From the NCBI GenBank assembly GCA_002104905.1, contig MCFE01000136.1, positions 93,825 through 157,824 of the forward strand: a DNA stretch of 64,000 nucleotides, given 5' to 3'. How positions within the stretch are numbered: position 1 is the stretch's first letter; each line of letters opens with the position of its first letter. Below, one piece after another: positions 1 to 12,530 of this stretch. The stretch is from Basidiobolus meristosporus CBS 931.73 (taxonomy: Eukaryota > Fungi > Basidiobolomycota). A program made the translations under genes and the position numbers. The notes beneath the pieces are model-generated. The model did no database searches, was not told where the DNA came from, and worked only from the letters and a program-made list of their open reading frames with translations.

Positions 1-3000
1 TTTATTCTTTCCCAAGTTTGGTCTTATACAGGCAAAGATACTTTTCTATTGTTGCAACTTTGGACCACAGCTGCATTCCTATCAAGTCCCAGCTGGTGAA
101 GTTTACAGTTGTTTTGACTTTGCAATCTTTAGTTTATTGTCATCTCAAAGGATGCTGTACTCATCACTTACTGTTGTTAAGATGCCATCTAAGTTGGGGA
201 TTGTAGCTCAAAAGTCTTCTCTTAAGAAGCTTGTGCATCATTGACCTTCATATTAGAGTAGAGACAGAACCCAAGTATTTCTAATAAGCTTTTGCCGGAG
301 GTTATTTCACTCAGGGAACACCCAACACAAAACACTTGAGACGTGTTGGATGTATCTCTCCCTTGGACTTATAAACTACCAGAGCGAACAGATTTATTTC
401 TGTTGAAACTTCTGTTGAACCTCAATTGCCAATTTTTTTAGCCTACAAAAGTACATATATCTACACTAACATCAAGCTCAACCCCACACTCTACAAGTAA
501 ATTCAACAAAATCAACCACTCAATATGTTTTTCTGCTGTAGCACTCTGTTTCCATGACTTTTGCATGAACCCTATGATTTTATGCCACTGTTCATTCATT
601 GGTTCCCATGATTCCTGGTCATCCGCTAGCACTGCAAGGTGTAGCTCCTCATTTGCCAGTCTTTGCAATAAATCCTTGCGTTATTCAAGTGTGTTTTCTT
701 GAGCACCTCTCTTGATGAAGTGCAGTAACCTCTTGGTGTGCCAATTAATGTTTCAATAATCCGCTGAAGTCATTGTGATAACCTTTAGAGTTCTTGACAT
801 TGTTACTTTATCTATGAATGGGATCTGTAATATGTCAACAATAGAGGATGTGGAGGCTATTGTAGACAAATTGCCTTTCTCTGCAAACTCACCCTATGAA
901 AAATTATTGTAATGATCCCATGAAAGGGCCATCACAAAGCTGAAATCCTGTGACTAAGAGGTACTGATCCCATCAGGACACTGTCCAGAGGCCATTGGCA
1001 AACAATTGCACCCTAGATTTCACAAAAAACATGGTCAAAACTTTTCATCACAACTGAATATAGGTGGCTTTTGATTGGTTCCCTGCCAGTTTGATAACTT
1101 TCTGATCCCAGACACTCCATCACCTCCTATATTTGTGTGTGTTGATTGGCAATTGCCTCATTTTCACACTCCTTACTTCCTGACTCATCTGTTTCCCTTA
1201 CTTTTCATGCTGACAAATTGACCTATTCCTATTGAAATTTCAGTTGTACCTCAATTGCCAATTTTATTGACCTATACAAGTCCCTATACCTTACACTAAC
1301 ATTAAGCTCTACCCTGCACTCAGCAAGCAACTCCATTAAAATCCACCACTCAATAGGTATTTCTGCTGTAACGCTCTGATTTCACAACTTTGGTGGGAAT
1401 CCAAAGGCTTTGTACCACTGTTCATTCACTGGTTCCCTCACATCCTGGTCTTCAACTGGCACTGCAAGGTCAAGTACCTCATCTGCCAGTCTTTGCAATA
1501 AATATATGCAGTATTCAAGTGCACTTTCTGGAGCACTACTCTAGAAGAAGTGCTGCAACCTCTTGGTTTGCCTATTAAAGTTCCAAAATTCCACTGAAGG
1601 CACCATTATAGTCTTTTGAGTTCTTAACACTGTAGCTTGTCTGTCAGTAGGATTTCCACTTTGTCAACAATGTAGGATATGGGGGCTGTGGTAGACAAAC
1701 TGCCTTTTTCAGCAAACTCATCTACCTTACTGGAGTGTAGCTCAGCTGGCTGTGCTTCCAACTCATGTGAAAACAGCTGTAGATGTCTTTCCCTTTACCT
1801 TTTCCATTATCACTGCCAGGTCTTTTGCTGCTACTTTGTCTGAGTGCTTCTTATATTGAACTGTGTTTTCCCCTTGATATGTTCTGCTCTGACACATCTG
1901 TTTTGGCCTGCTTGTCCCTTGCTGGCACTCTCCTGGCCACTTGATGTTTCCATTCTACTTGTTTGAGCCCTCAACTATAGTTGTGACAGGCTCTTGTAAA
2001 AGCTGCTGGTTTTTATTACTACTAGGTCTTTCAGTGCCACTATGACTGAGTGCTTCTTGAGTGGTACCATGCTTTTACTTGATAAATGTTTGCTGGTGTA
2101 TCTGTGTCTGCCTACTTGTCCCAAATTGGCACTCTTCCAGCTGCTGGATTTCTCTTTGACACTTTTCTGGGGCTTTTGGCCCTGCTTGCAATAGGCTCTT
2201 GAGGAAGCTGCTGGTTTTCAGCCATGGCACCCTTGTTCTTCTGCCTTTGATAGCTTCTGCTATGCTTAAGATGCTTTCATAGCATACCAATGCTGGTCAA
2301 AAATCTGTTTGCCCATTTAAATCCAAGATAATGCTCATGGAACAAGTCAAGTGCATTCTGCTTAGCTTTGAGCTCCTGATAATCCCATGGTATGCAGGCC
2401 TTAAGGTGATGGCATGCCAGACTTCTGACAGCCTCTTGAATATTAGCCCACTCTTCATTATTACACTCAGCAGCTTTGTCAATCATCAATATCTTTTAAT
2501 TTTTACGCTTTGCTACTAGCAGCACATTGCCTTCCTCTCACACTGTGAAAGGTTTTTTGGTGGGCTTTATCTTGGGCACTGTTATTGTGCTTCAAAGACT
2601 GTAGTGTGTTCCTCTGCTGCTAAATTGGGAAATGGCTCAATTGTTGGCTGTGACATTGAGCTAATTGAGTTCCTTCTTTGCGGCAAAGATACAGCTTTCT
2701 CTACCTGTGCTATGGATTGCTCTACATATATTAATTGCTCATCCTGTTTCTGGGCTATTTCCTGATTTCTCTGGGTCATTGCATCTATCCTATTAGCCAC
2801 TGCACCTCACTGATTCATTTATGCTTTGGTATGAGCTGATAACATACCTGCTAACATTAGTTGTGGTTATGTTATGAGAGCCACTTGCAGGTCTTCAATT
2901 AAGAATACTGTGTTTGCCACATTCTCATCTGCCTGAGCATAACAGTCAGCTTGTGGCTCTGCAGAGGTTCTCAATTGCCTACTTAGCTGAGAGCCTGAAG

Positions 3001-3340
3001 AGTCCACATTATTACCTTCAGTGAGCACACTGTTAACATGGCCTTTTTTAGATGTAGCCCTGCTTGTTTCACGGATTGTCAAAGCAAGCTGTTGTCCAAC
3101 TGTTCTTCTGCTGCCATCAATGGTGGGGTTAGGTTGGGAACCAAGCAACTTTGCTTCATTTTTTTTGGCGGCATATATATGGAAGTGAGTCAAACCAAAG
3201 GGGAAATAGCATTACATATATGTGTGTATGTGGTGCCACAAATTTACTTACAATGCTTACTATGGCAGGTTATCATTGAATCTTACATTCATGCATGTGA
3301 AATGTCTCAAATACAGGGCTGTCTTAAACTCATATGAGTA
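1..3340 (-). mobile_element. Degenerate transposon-derived region with internal duplications and broken gag-like minus-strand ORFs; family not determined
   Basis: 419-890 is repeated directly at 1248-1720. 1-~380 recurs at 4921-~5300. Short internal repeats lie at 1810-2260. Only fragmented ORFs are present (438-668, 2277-2489, 2582-2800 coiled-coil-like). CpG is very rare. Confidence 0.5.
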
Positions 3341-3439
3341 TTGACCAAAAGGTGATATAATTGCATCACATTGTTGAGTGTCAAACTGTTTGCCCCATGG
3401 ACAAACTACTTTGACTTAGCACCATAAGAGAAGAGAAAA

Positions 3440-4241
3440 AAGACCATATGGCTATTGTGGCAAGCTTCTCAGCAGTGAAGCATTCAGACAACATAGGAAG
3501 TATTACAAGGATCATGGCCAGTGTGTTGCCACACAAGTCATATTTGATCATTCATCAGTCACTACTCTACTAACATTGTCTTGCTGGCCAATTGATACTT
3601 TAAAATCAGCCCCTGGCTGTCTTTGTCATCTTGCGCAAACTGAGTCAGGTGAGTTTGTGACACCTGTAGGCGCACCTTAGCCTTTTAAATATGGTATGCA
3701 GAGTGATGGCTCTGACACAGAAGGTTGACTGATGGATTGTGAGCTTATCCCCCCTAACAATAGCACTGTATATGAGCCTGGTCAAATCCAAATATGCAAT
3801 GAGATCACACCCATTGAAACAAATGCCACGGATACTTTATGGAGCCAAGTGAGCCTAGTAATCCATCTACTGGTGAGTGATGTAATGTTGTGGCTAGAGA
3901 AGTGGTGCATTTCTACTAATATCAGTAATATGGGCTTTGAGTATTTGTTACTACTTCTTGCCAAAATCATTCTGGGATGCAATTTACCATATACATGGTA
4001 CAAGTGGACAACCATCATGCAGCTGGCAACATATGATCCAGAGACTGTCCTGATTCCAGCATGTGTTAACAGTTGCATGGCAATCACATCCAAAAATGCT
4101 ACCATTGCAACATGTCCAAATTGTCCAGAATCCAACAACATTGAGGGAAAACATTGTTCACACTCAAAATATATTCCAGTAATACCCCATCTAAGGAAGC
4201 TAATGCAGTCCAACCAATGTTGCAAAGCTATACTGTTGTAG
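3440..4241 (+). mobile_element. CACTA/EnSpm (CMC)-type transposase N-terminal fragment, decayed
   Basis: ORF 3732-4241 contains LPYT...CVNSC...CPNC...YIPVIPHLRKLM, the Cys-rich segment that precedes the catalytic domain in EnSpm transposases. An upstream frame reads CGKLLS..RQHRKY. The frame is truncated at 4241. Confidence 0.6.
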
Positions 4242-4920
4242 TGGGGTTACAGTGACACCCACTGACAGATGTGCACATTCCCATATTTTCTACTTCCCTA
4301 TATCTCTACTACACTTATTTTAGTTTTATCCCATTTGTCTTACCTGATCAGTACTATCCTAGAAGCCGGTTGACTATCCCACCTGCTTACCTTATTGCAT
4401 AAGTTATCCCTCACTTTATGTAAGATTACTAGCTGTAAGTGCTTCTATATTAGGCAAGTACCCATGCCAGTACCTGCAACACATTATCAACCTGTGTAAC
4501 CATCCCTACCAATTTCATACCATATATGGTATCCCTATTCTACACAGGTTTCAGAGTACTGATTCCTGATTGGTTGGATGTGCTGTGCCTCTTAGAACCT
4601 TTTGGCACCTACTTAGAACATTCTTAGGTCATTCTGATGTCATTAAGATTTCTATTGATATCCAGAACCTTCTGGAATACCATGATTGGTAATCACTTAG
4701 CCAGTAAGAAAAGTATACGAGGAAGGCTAACCCTCAACAATAAATCATCATCCCTTTTATCAATATACCAACTTGTTGATTAGTGTGATCACTGCTACCT
4801 GCTGCTACCTGAACTTCCAGCCCCAGACCACAGGACACTCCCAGGAAACCGCACTGACAGCCAACTGACCTTGGAGGCACTACTTGTGAGGAATACTCAC
4901 ATTAGGTATGTTTATTATAT

Positions 4921-5300
4921 TTGATTCTTTCCCAAGTCTGTTCTTGTACAGGCAAAGATACTCTCTGTCTTTGTAGCTATTGACCACAGCTGCATTCTTA
5001 TCAAGTCCCTGCTGGTGGAGTTTACAGTTGTTTTGACTTTGGAAGCTTTAGTACATTGTCATCTCAAAGGAAGCTGAGTTCAGCACATACTTTTGTTAAG
5101 ACGCCAACTAAGTTGGGGATTGTAGCTCAATAGTTTTCCCTTGACAAGCTTGTGGCTTTATTCCCCATCACATTAGATTAGAGACAGAACCAAAGTATTT
5201 CTAGCAAGCTTTTGCCAGAGGTTGTTGCACCCAGTGAACACCCCACACACAAAACACTTGAGAAGAGTTGGATGTATCTCTCCCTTGGACTTATACACCA
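4921..5300 (+). repeat. Diverged direct copy of window positions 1-~380
   Basis: Colinear similarity from TTCTTTCCCAAG to GGATGTATCTCTCCCTTGGACTTATA in both copies. Confidence 0.85.
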
Positions 5301-5353
5301 CCACACCATACTGCACTCAGTATCAGTCAAGCGCAAACATATCTATTACATAT

Positions 5354-6108
5354 TAGACTTGTTCCATTAGATAGTGCCACATTAAGCCATGAGTGCCAAA
5401 TGATGCCATGAGTGCCAGATGATGCCATAGTGTGCCAGAGAGGCCAAGTGACCCTATACTTGGCCACAGAGTGTGAAACATATCTCTGCATCTTCATGCA
5501 AAGCATCCCCTGTGTTTCATCTATGATGCAGGAGAAAATCCATTTTTTGATATTTTTTTGTGGATCAATATTGTGCAGGATGTGCAAGAGCAATAAAGGA
5601 TTGAAGATATGCATCTGGTACTCAATACCCATGGTACTCTGAATCTAGCTCCTATGGCTTGTAACATGTCACAAAAATGCATGGCACTATCTTGGTCCAC
5701 TGGTACTATGTGGCACTATATTTAAATATTAGCCCTGAAGGAAGATCTATACAAAGCACTTATAGTACCAGATAGTACCAGTGGACCAAGATAGTGCCAT
5801 TCATTTTTGTGACATGATACAAGCTACAGGAGCTAGATTCAGAGTGCCGTGGGTATTGAGTACCAGATGCATATCTTCAGTTCTCCTGTGCTCTTACACA
5901 TCCTGAGCTACATTGATCCACAAAAAAAGGTCAAAAAATGGATTTTCTCCTGCGCAATGGGTGAAATACAGGGGCTGCTTTACATGAAGATGCAGAGCTA
6001 TGTTTCACACTCTGTGGCCAAGTATAGGCTCACTTTACCTCTCTGGCACACTATAGCATCATTTGGCACTCATGACTCAATGTGGCACTATCCAATGGAA
6101 CAAGTCTA
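5354..6108. mobile_element. Foldback / MITE-like palindrome (~755 bp, arms ~365 bp, short spacer)
   Basis: The left arm starting TAGACTTGTTCCATT is the reverse complement of the right arm ending AATGGAACAAGTCTA. ORFs 5327-5632(-) and 5849-6127(+) are mirror translations. GACTTG...CAAGTC is flanked by TA on both sides (possible TSD). Confidence 0.8.
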
Positions 6109-6109
6109 T

Positions 6110-9100
6110 TATGCGGTTTTCACTTAATGATTTATTGAATGAAAAAGTAGTATTTATACTTTTACCTGGTCTTGGCATAGCAAACACGTAGAATAGGCTA
6201 AGGAATCTCCCAAGAACATGTGTGCAAAGTTTGGGGCTGTTTGGACAACTTTGAGAATTTTCATGTTCTGGGTACCCGGTATTTAGGTGAAAATATTCTA
6301 AGTAAATCCCAACAAAAAATTTTGGTCAGTATTCTCTAGGATTTGAAGGTGATGATCTAAGTGACTAGGTTAGGTGAATATTTAGGTGGAAATACAAATT
6401 TTCACAACACTCCCACTCAGCTATATGTTCATACTGACTAGTCCTAATTTTGACCTAAGATATTCAAACTTGTCTCTAGCTAATGGTTTGGTAAATTTGT
6501 CTGGAATCATATCAACTGTAGGACAGTAAGCTAAGTTAACTAAGTTATTCTCTATAGCTTCACGTATGAAATGATGTCTAATATCTATGTGCTTGGTTCT
6601 AGCATGAAAAGTTGGATTTCTACCTAATTGTATGCATCCTTGATTATCTTGAAATCAAGTAATAGGCGTTTTTTGACATAGGCCTAAATCTGTAAAAAGT
6701 TTTCTTAACCACATTGCTTCTTTTATAGCATCACAGGCTGCCATATACTCTGCCTCTGTGGTGGAAAGTGCTACGGTTGGTTGCTTTCTTGAATTCCATG
6801 AAATTGCTCCTTTACAGTAAAGAAAGGTGTATCCTGTGGTGGATCTTCTGTCTTCTAAATTTTGCCCTCAATCTGCATCAGAGTATCCCACAAGATCCTG
6901 TTCTGAATCCTTATAAGTGTATCTTAAGCAGATATCAGGAGTTCCATTTAGGTATCTAAACGTCTGCTTAACTGCTGCAATACAATCAGATCCATAGTTC
7001 TGATTATGTTGGCAGACAAATCCCACTGAATATGAGATATCTGGACATGTTCCAAGCATGATACACATCAGACTGTCAACCATAGATTGATAAGGAAAGG
7101 TAGGGCTTTCAGATGGCACAAAGCTCTCTTGATTTGCATGAGTTTTGACCAAGTTAAGGTTTGTCTCCATTGGGGTTGCTGCCGGTTTACAGTCTTCCAT
7201 TTGGTACTTCTTTAGTATATCTTGAATATACCTGAATTGGCTTAGGGTGATAGACTGGATACTTCTGTCTATGGAGAACTTAATCCCTATGTAGTAATTA
7301 AGTTCTCCTAGATTGGACATCTTGAACTCCTTAGATAGGCTGGATTTAGCCTCTTCCAATGTTTCTAGGTTATTGGTGGCTATAATAAGATCATCCATAT
7401 ATAGAGCTAATAGAATTGGATTTGCTCTGTCTGGCTTATGGTATATACTATAGTCAGCATTACTCCTTTTGAAACTCAATGATTCCAAATAAGAATCTAT
7501 CTTGCAATTCCAGGCTCTTGGTGATTGTTTGAGACCATATAGTGACTTTTTAAGCTTGCAGACCAAATGGGGGTTATCTTGGACAACAAACCCATCAGGC
7601 TGGTCCATATACATATCCTCATCAAGTTCTCCATTCAAAAATGCAGTTTTTACATCCATTTGATGAATAAAAAACTTATATTTGGCTGCAATAGCCAATA
7701 TTAATCAGATGGAATTAAAGTTGGCTACCAGTGCAAAGGTCTCAGTATAGTCAAGTCCTTTTGTATGAGATTATCCTTTGGCTACAAGTCTTGCTTTGTA
7801 TCTTTCAATTGTACCATCAGCCTTGCATTTTGTCTTGAAGACCCATCCGCATCCAATTGATTTTTGGTTGATTGGTAATTTGACTAAGTCCCAAGTTTGA
7901 TTTTCCATCAGGGCCTGATATTCCTCAGTCATTGCAGATCTCCAAAACTTTGTCTGAGGGCTATTTAGGGCCTCTTTTACAGTCTGGGGTTCATCAATAT
8001 GGACTGAATAGGCATAGGCTAAGTTTGTACCCTCCTTGATATAGTAATTTGGGCTATTTCTTGTCCAATTGTATATCTGGCCATTTGATACTGGAATGAT
8101 CACTTCTGGGATATTCCTGGGCACTGATTCTGGCCAAACCATGGTTGTAGAGTCCTTGGGAGTAAAAAAACTCTCATTGTTTTGATCTGATTCAAATCAG
8201 ACAATTGGTGGATTTGAGATCAAATTTTTGTCATCATGTGATGTCATTTTTTGTGAAAATTTTGAATTTTCATCAAACAACACATCCCTAGACTTGATCA
8301 GCTTCTTTGCTTTGGTATTGTAGAGTCTGTAAGCCTTACTCTCATTGCAGTAGCCCACAAATATGCATTTTACACTCTTTGGCTCAAATTTTGACTGATT
8401 TCCGGCCAGTTTTTTGGCATATGCTGTACACCCAAATATTCTTAGATGTTCTGCACTTGGTCTGTATTTATACCATGCTTCAAATGGAGTAGAATAACAA
8501 AGTATTCTGCTATAACTCCTATTTTTAAGGTATACAACAGTGGCAACTGATTCCGCCCAAAAAACATAGGATAATTTTTGATCATGGATTATAGATCTTG
8601 CTATATCAATTATTGATCTGTTAGCACGTTCTGCTACTCCATTTTGCTGTGGGGAGTATGGTACGGTAGTCTCTTGCTTTATCCCATGAACCTTGCAGAA
8701 GTGGATGAAGAGTTTTGAGGTATTTTTTCCACCATTGTCAGAGTGTATTTTATTGATTTTTTCATCAGTTTCTCTCTCCACCATGGCTTTAAACTCCCTG
8801 AACTTAGACAGAGCTTCTTCCTTTCTCTCCATGAAGTAGACCCATGTGCATCTTGTATAATCATCAATAAAGTGATTAAATACTTCATCCCACCTAAGGA
8901 TAAATTTTGCATAGGTCCACACAGATCTGAGTGAATTAGATCTAATTTTTTCTTAGTTTTGATTAACCCAGAGCTCTTGAACCATTGTCTGGCTTGTTTC
9001 CCATACATGCTGCCTTCACAGTGCTCCAAATTAGCTGGGGGATCAATTTTCACTCTAGAAATTAGCTGATCTTTGATCATTCTACGCAAATAATCAAAAT

Positions 9101-10743
9101 TGATGTGTCCAAATCTCCTGTGCAAAAGCATTGGTGTTTCTTCATTTAAGTTACTTATATTGGCTTCCAGATATGATGGAATATAAGTCAACTAGTATAG
9201 ACTCTGATCTCTGACGCCCAAAGCAATATGGGCACCATTTTGATCAGTCATCCTGCATTCGGAATTGTCAAAACTGAAACTGAGTCCTTCTGCTGTGGCC
9301 TTGCTTACAGAGAGTAGGCTCTTGGCTATTTCTGGTACATAGAGTACTTCTTTAAAGGTCAGTGTATGGCTTCCTTCACTGCTTCTAAGGTTTACTTGGA
9401 TAGTTCCTTCTCCAACTGCATCAAGTGTTCCATTGTCACCCATGAAAACCTTCTTAATTGGAATTTCTTGATATAGGGTAAAAAGTTCTTTTGGTGTGTA
9501 AAGTGTTGAGAAGCTCCAGAGTCAACATACTACCTCTGAGAATCCTTGTTTGTGGTCATATTTAGTGCAGATATGAATAGTGTATCTACAGTTGTTGCAG
9601 CATTTCCATATTCAGGCTTCTTTTGCTGATAATCTCTCTTTTTGAGAAACCGGTCTGATGTGTGTCCTTTCCTTTTGCAGTAGCTGCAAAATAGGTTGCT
9701 GTTGCCTTTGTAGGGTCTTGGGTACCTCCTTTGCTGGTTATCATTGCTTATTAAAGCATTTTCTTCTTCCTTCTTATTGGCGCTTGATTTTCTTAATTCT
9801 TCATCCAGGAGCCTTGCATATACGTAATTAAAGTCAAGTCTTCAGTTCTGGACTCTAGGGCTGTTACAAGGCCCTGACACTTGTCTGTCAGGCTATTCAG
9901 GATGGTAACTATCACATCCTCATCAGTAGTTGGTACGCCCACCAATTCCATCTCATCTACCAGCAGGGTAATTCTGTTAATTAGATTTTTCATTTCTTCT
10001 CCAAGCAGCATCTTTGTAGTAAAGAACTTTTGTCTCAGATACATTTTCTTAGCAGCTGAACATGACTGGTAGGTGTCTTCTAATGCCTTCTAGGCATTCT
10101 TTGCCGTTTTTGCTCTTGAGCATTGAATTAGCAATTTGTCTTTAACATTAAGGCAAATACAGTTAAAGGCACTTTATTCTTTCTTCTGGTACTTCAAGGC
10201 TTCCTCTCCCACATTTTTAGAAGGGCATTCTTCTCCCAAGAGAATATCACAAAGGCCTCTTTCTTGTAGCAGCGTCTTCATTTTCACCTTCCACACTTGG
10301 TAGTTAGATCCATCCAACTTTTCAGCAGAGGGAAAAATTCCAGTAATAGCAGTAGTGGACATTGCAGAGAGTGACAGCCTGGGGCTCATAGCCTGTTGTA
10401 AGAGTCTTGGAGACATTGGAAGTGATTTGGAGAGCAAGTAGATTATGTGGTTTTCACTTACTGATTTATTGAATGTGAAATTAGTATTTATACTTTTACC
10501 TGGTCTTGGCATAACAAGCTCCTAGAATAGTTTAAGGAAGGTCCCAAAAACATGTGTGCAAAGTTTGGGGCTGTTTGGACAACTTTGAGAATTTTCCTGT
10601 TTGGGGTACCTGGTATTTTGGTGAAAATAATCTAAGTAAATCCTAACAAGGAATTTTGGTCAGTATTCTCTAGGATTTGAAGGTGATGATCTAAGTGACC
10701 AAGTTAGGTGAATATTTAGGTGGAAATGCAAATTTTTACAACA
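6110..10743 (-). mobile_element. Ty1/Copia LTR retrotransposon, inactivated by stops and frameshifts
   Basis: Order on the minus strand: gag (KLDGSNYQVWKVKM; LRQKFFTTKM), protease (YVDSGASQH near 9500), GAG-pre-integrase (LHRRFGHINF), integrase (QQNGVAERANR), RT (YKARLVAKG; QMDVKTAFLNG; LYGLKQSPRAW; LYMDDLII), RNase H (GYSDAD). 5' LTR is 10394-10743; 3' LTR is 6110-6409, truncated by the foldback. PPT GAGTGGGAG lies directly beside the 3' LTR (6410-6419). Confidence 0.95.
10378..10393 (-). other. Copia primer-binding site of the tRNAiMet-half type (GGCTATGAGCCCCAGG)
   Basis: Directly follows the 5' LTR end CAACA on the minus strand. It resembles the GGTTATG(G/A)GCCC PBS of Drosophila copia and yeast Ty5. 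Confidence 0.7.
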
Positions 10744-11678
10744 CTTGCCACACCATCACTACCCAGAACACAAAATTTAAAAGTTGCCCAAACAGCCCTA
10801 CACCATGTACACATGCTCTTGAGATATTCTCAAGCATATTTTATGTGTTTGCTGTGCTAATTCCATGAAAAGTGTCAATACTGTTGTAAGAGTCTTGGAG
10901 ATATTGGAAGTGATTGGTGGAACAAGTAGATTATGTGGTCCTCACTTAATGGTTTATTGTGTTGTAAGAGTCTTGGAGATATTGGAGGTGATTGGGAGAA
11001 CAAGTAGAATATGTGGTTTTCACTTAATGATTTATTGAATGTATAAGTAGTATTTATACTTTTACCCGGTCTTGGCATAACAAACACGTAGAATAGGTTA
11101 AGGAAGGTCCCAAGAACATATGTGCAAAGTTTAGAGCTTCTTGGACAACTTTGAGAATTTTCATGTTCTGGGTACCTGGTATTTTGGTGAAAATATTCTA
11201 TGTAAATCCCAACAAGGAATTTGGTCAGTATTCTTTAGCATTTGTAGAAAATGATCTAAGTGACTAAGTTAGGTCAATATTTAGGTGGAAATCTGAACTT
11301 TTATATCATATTGAATGTAAAAGTAGCATTTATACTTTTACATGGTCTTGGCATAACAATCACATAGAATAGGCTAAAGAAGGTCCCAAGTACATGTGTG
11401 CAAGTTTGGGGCTGTTTGGACACCTTATCTAATCCTTATGTTCTGCGTACCTGGTATTTTGGAGAAAAAAATTCTTAGTAAATCCCAACAAGGAGTTTGG
11501 TGAGTTTCCCTAGGATTCAAAGGTAATGATCTAGGTGACTAAGTTAGGTGAATATTTAGGTGGAATTACAAGTCTTTACAATAAACACTACTTTCACACT
11601 CAGTAAATTGCTAAGTGAAAGTCATTAAATCTACCTGCTCTCCAAACCACCTCCAGTATCACCATAAATCCTGCAACA
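10744..11678. mobile_element. Nested solo LTRs of the same Copia family: inverted LTR W interrupted by LTR X (10882-11583), itself interrupted by LTR Y (10960-11308)
   Basis: Y starts TGTTG and is flanked by TATTG/TATTG (10955-59, 11309-13). X is flanked by AATAC/AACAC. 10744-10881 and 11584-11678 are reverse-complement LTR pieces, ending in CAACA at 11678. Confidence 0.8.
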
Positions 11679-11682
11679 GGAG

Positions 11683-12386
11683 CGTTGTATCCAAGAGAAA
11701 AGTGTAAAAAATTCTTGAATGAGTTAACCAAGCCTAAGTGACAACTAAGTGCAGAATCTCAGAATTTTCAAGAGTGACAGAAATATTAGCAGAGAAGTTC
11801 TAGTCTAATATTGGTCTTGTATATAGCTGAGTTGGGCTATAAAGGCAACAGAGTTGGTTTGCTATGCAGGCTAGGCTTGGTGTTCTTGGGAATGCTATAT
11901 ATGCTAGGCTTGGGTAGAAACTAGGACAGAATTGATGAATTTTTAATTTTGCTGAGGCACAATCTTTATTTTATTGAGACACACACTAAACCAAAAGGTT
12001 CAGTAATCTTTATTTATATCTTTCTGATCAAGTTATATTAGTAAGCACTAAGAGACTGGACTAATTGAAATCTGTTTTTGTTTAGGTGTTGATAGGTGCA
12101 TAAGATAAATGAAAATTTGCATCATTAATCAGCTGATGTCTTGGCAACTGCTAAGTGGTTGAATAGATCTCTGATGACTAATCACTTTGAAAGGCTTAGC
12201 AGATTAGTTGAGGATGTAATGACCACATGAAAATTGATAAGGTGTGACAGCTAAAAATAGATTCTGAGAAGTGAAAAAATAAAATATAACTGGGATTAGT
12301 ATTGATTGGGTTGGTGAAAATCAGTTAGGGTACTAGATTTTCTAATAGAGTAAAATTGGCTAAGTTTTAAATGTTAATGCACAACA
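11683..12386. mobile_element. Solo LTR of a second family (~704 bp); inverted paralog of 59441-60137
   Basis: Ends CGTTGTATCC...GCACAACA. Colinear reverse-complement similarity to 59441-60137 over its full length. Flanks are AGGAG/AGGAC (4 of 5 match). Confidence 0.8.
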
Positions 12387-12391
12387 AGGAC

Positions 12392-12530
12392 CACTTGAGA
12401 GAGTGGCAGCCTGGGGCTTGTTACTTGAAGTAAGAGCTTGGAAATACTTAAAGCAATTGGGAGAACTAATTGAGTATATGACTTTGAGTCAATGATCTAT
12501 TATATATAACCATGGTACTTACACCTAATG
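12392..12530 (-). mobile_element. Highly decayed Copia PBS/LTR junction remnant
   Basis: GAGAGTGGCAGCCTGGGGCT...GTAAGAGCTTGGA resembles 10365-10440. Confidence 0.55.

Noticed and set aside
4236-4901. Possible LTR (TG...CACA, AATAAA, terminal TGTGAG-GAATA-CTCACA hairpin) interrupting the CACTA fragment
   Set aside because: No second copy in the window and no TSD, PBS or PPT that I could confirm.
5327-6127. Two similar ~100-aa ORFs on opposite strands
   Set aside because: Mirror translations of the palindrome arms; no protein features.
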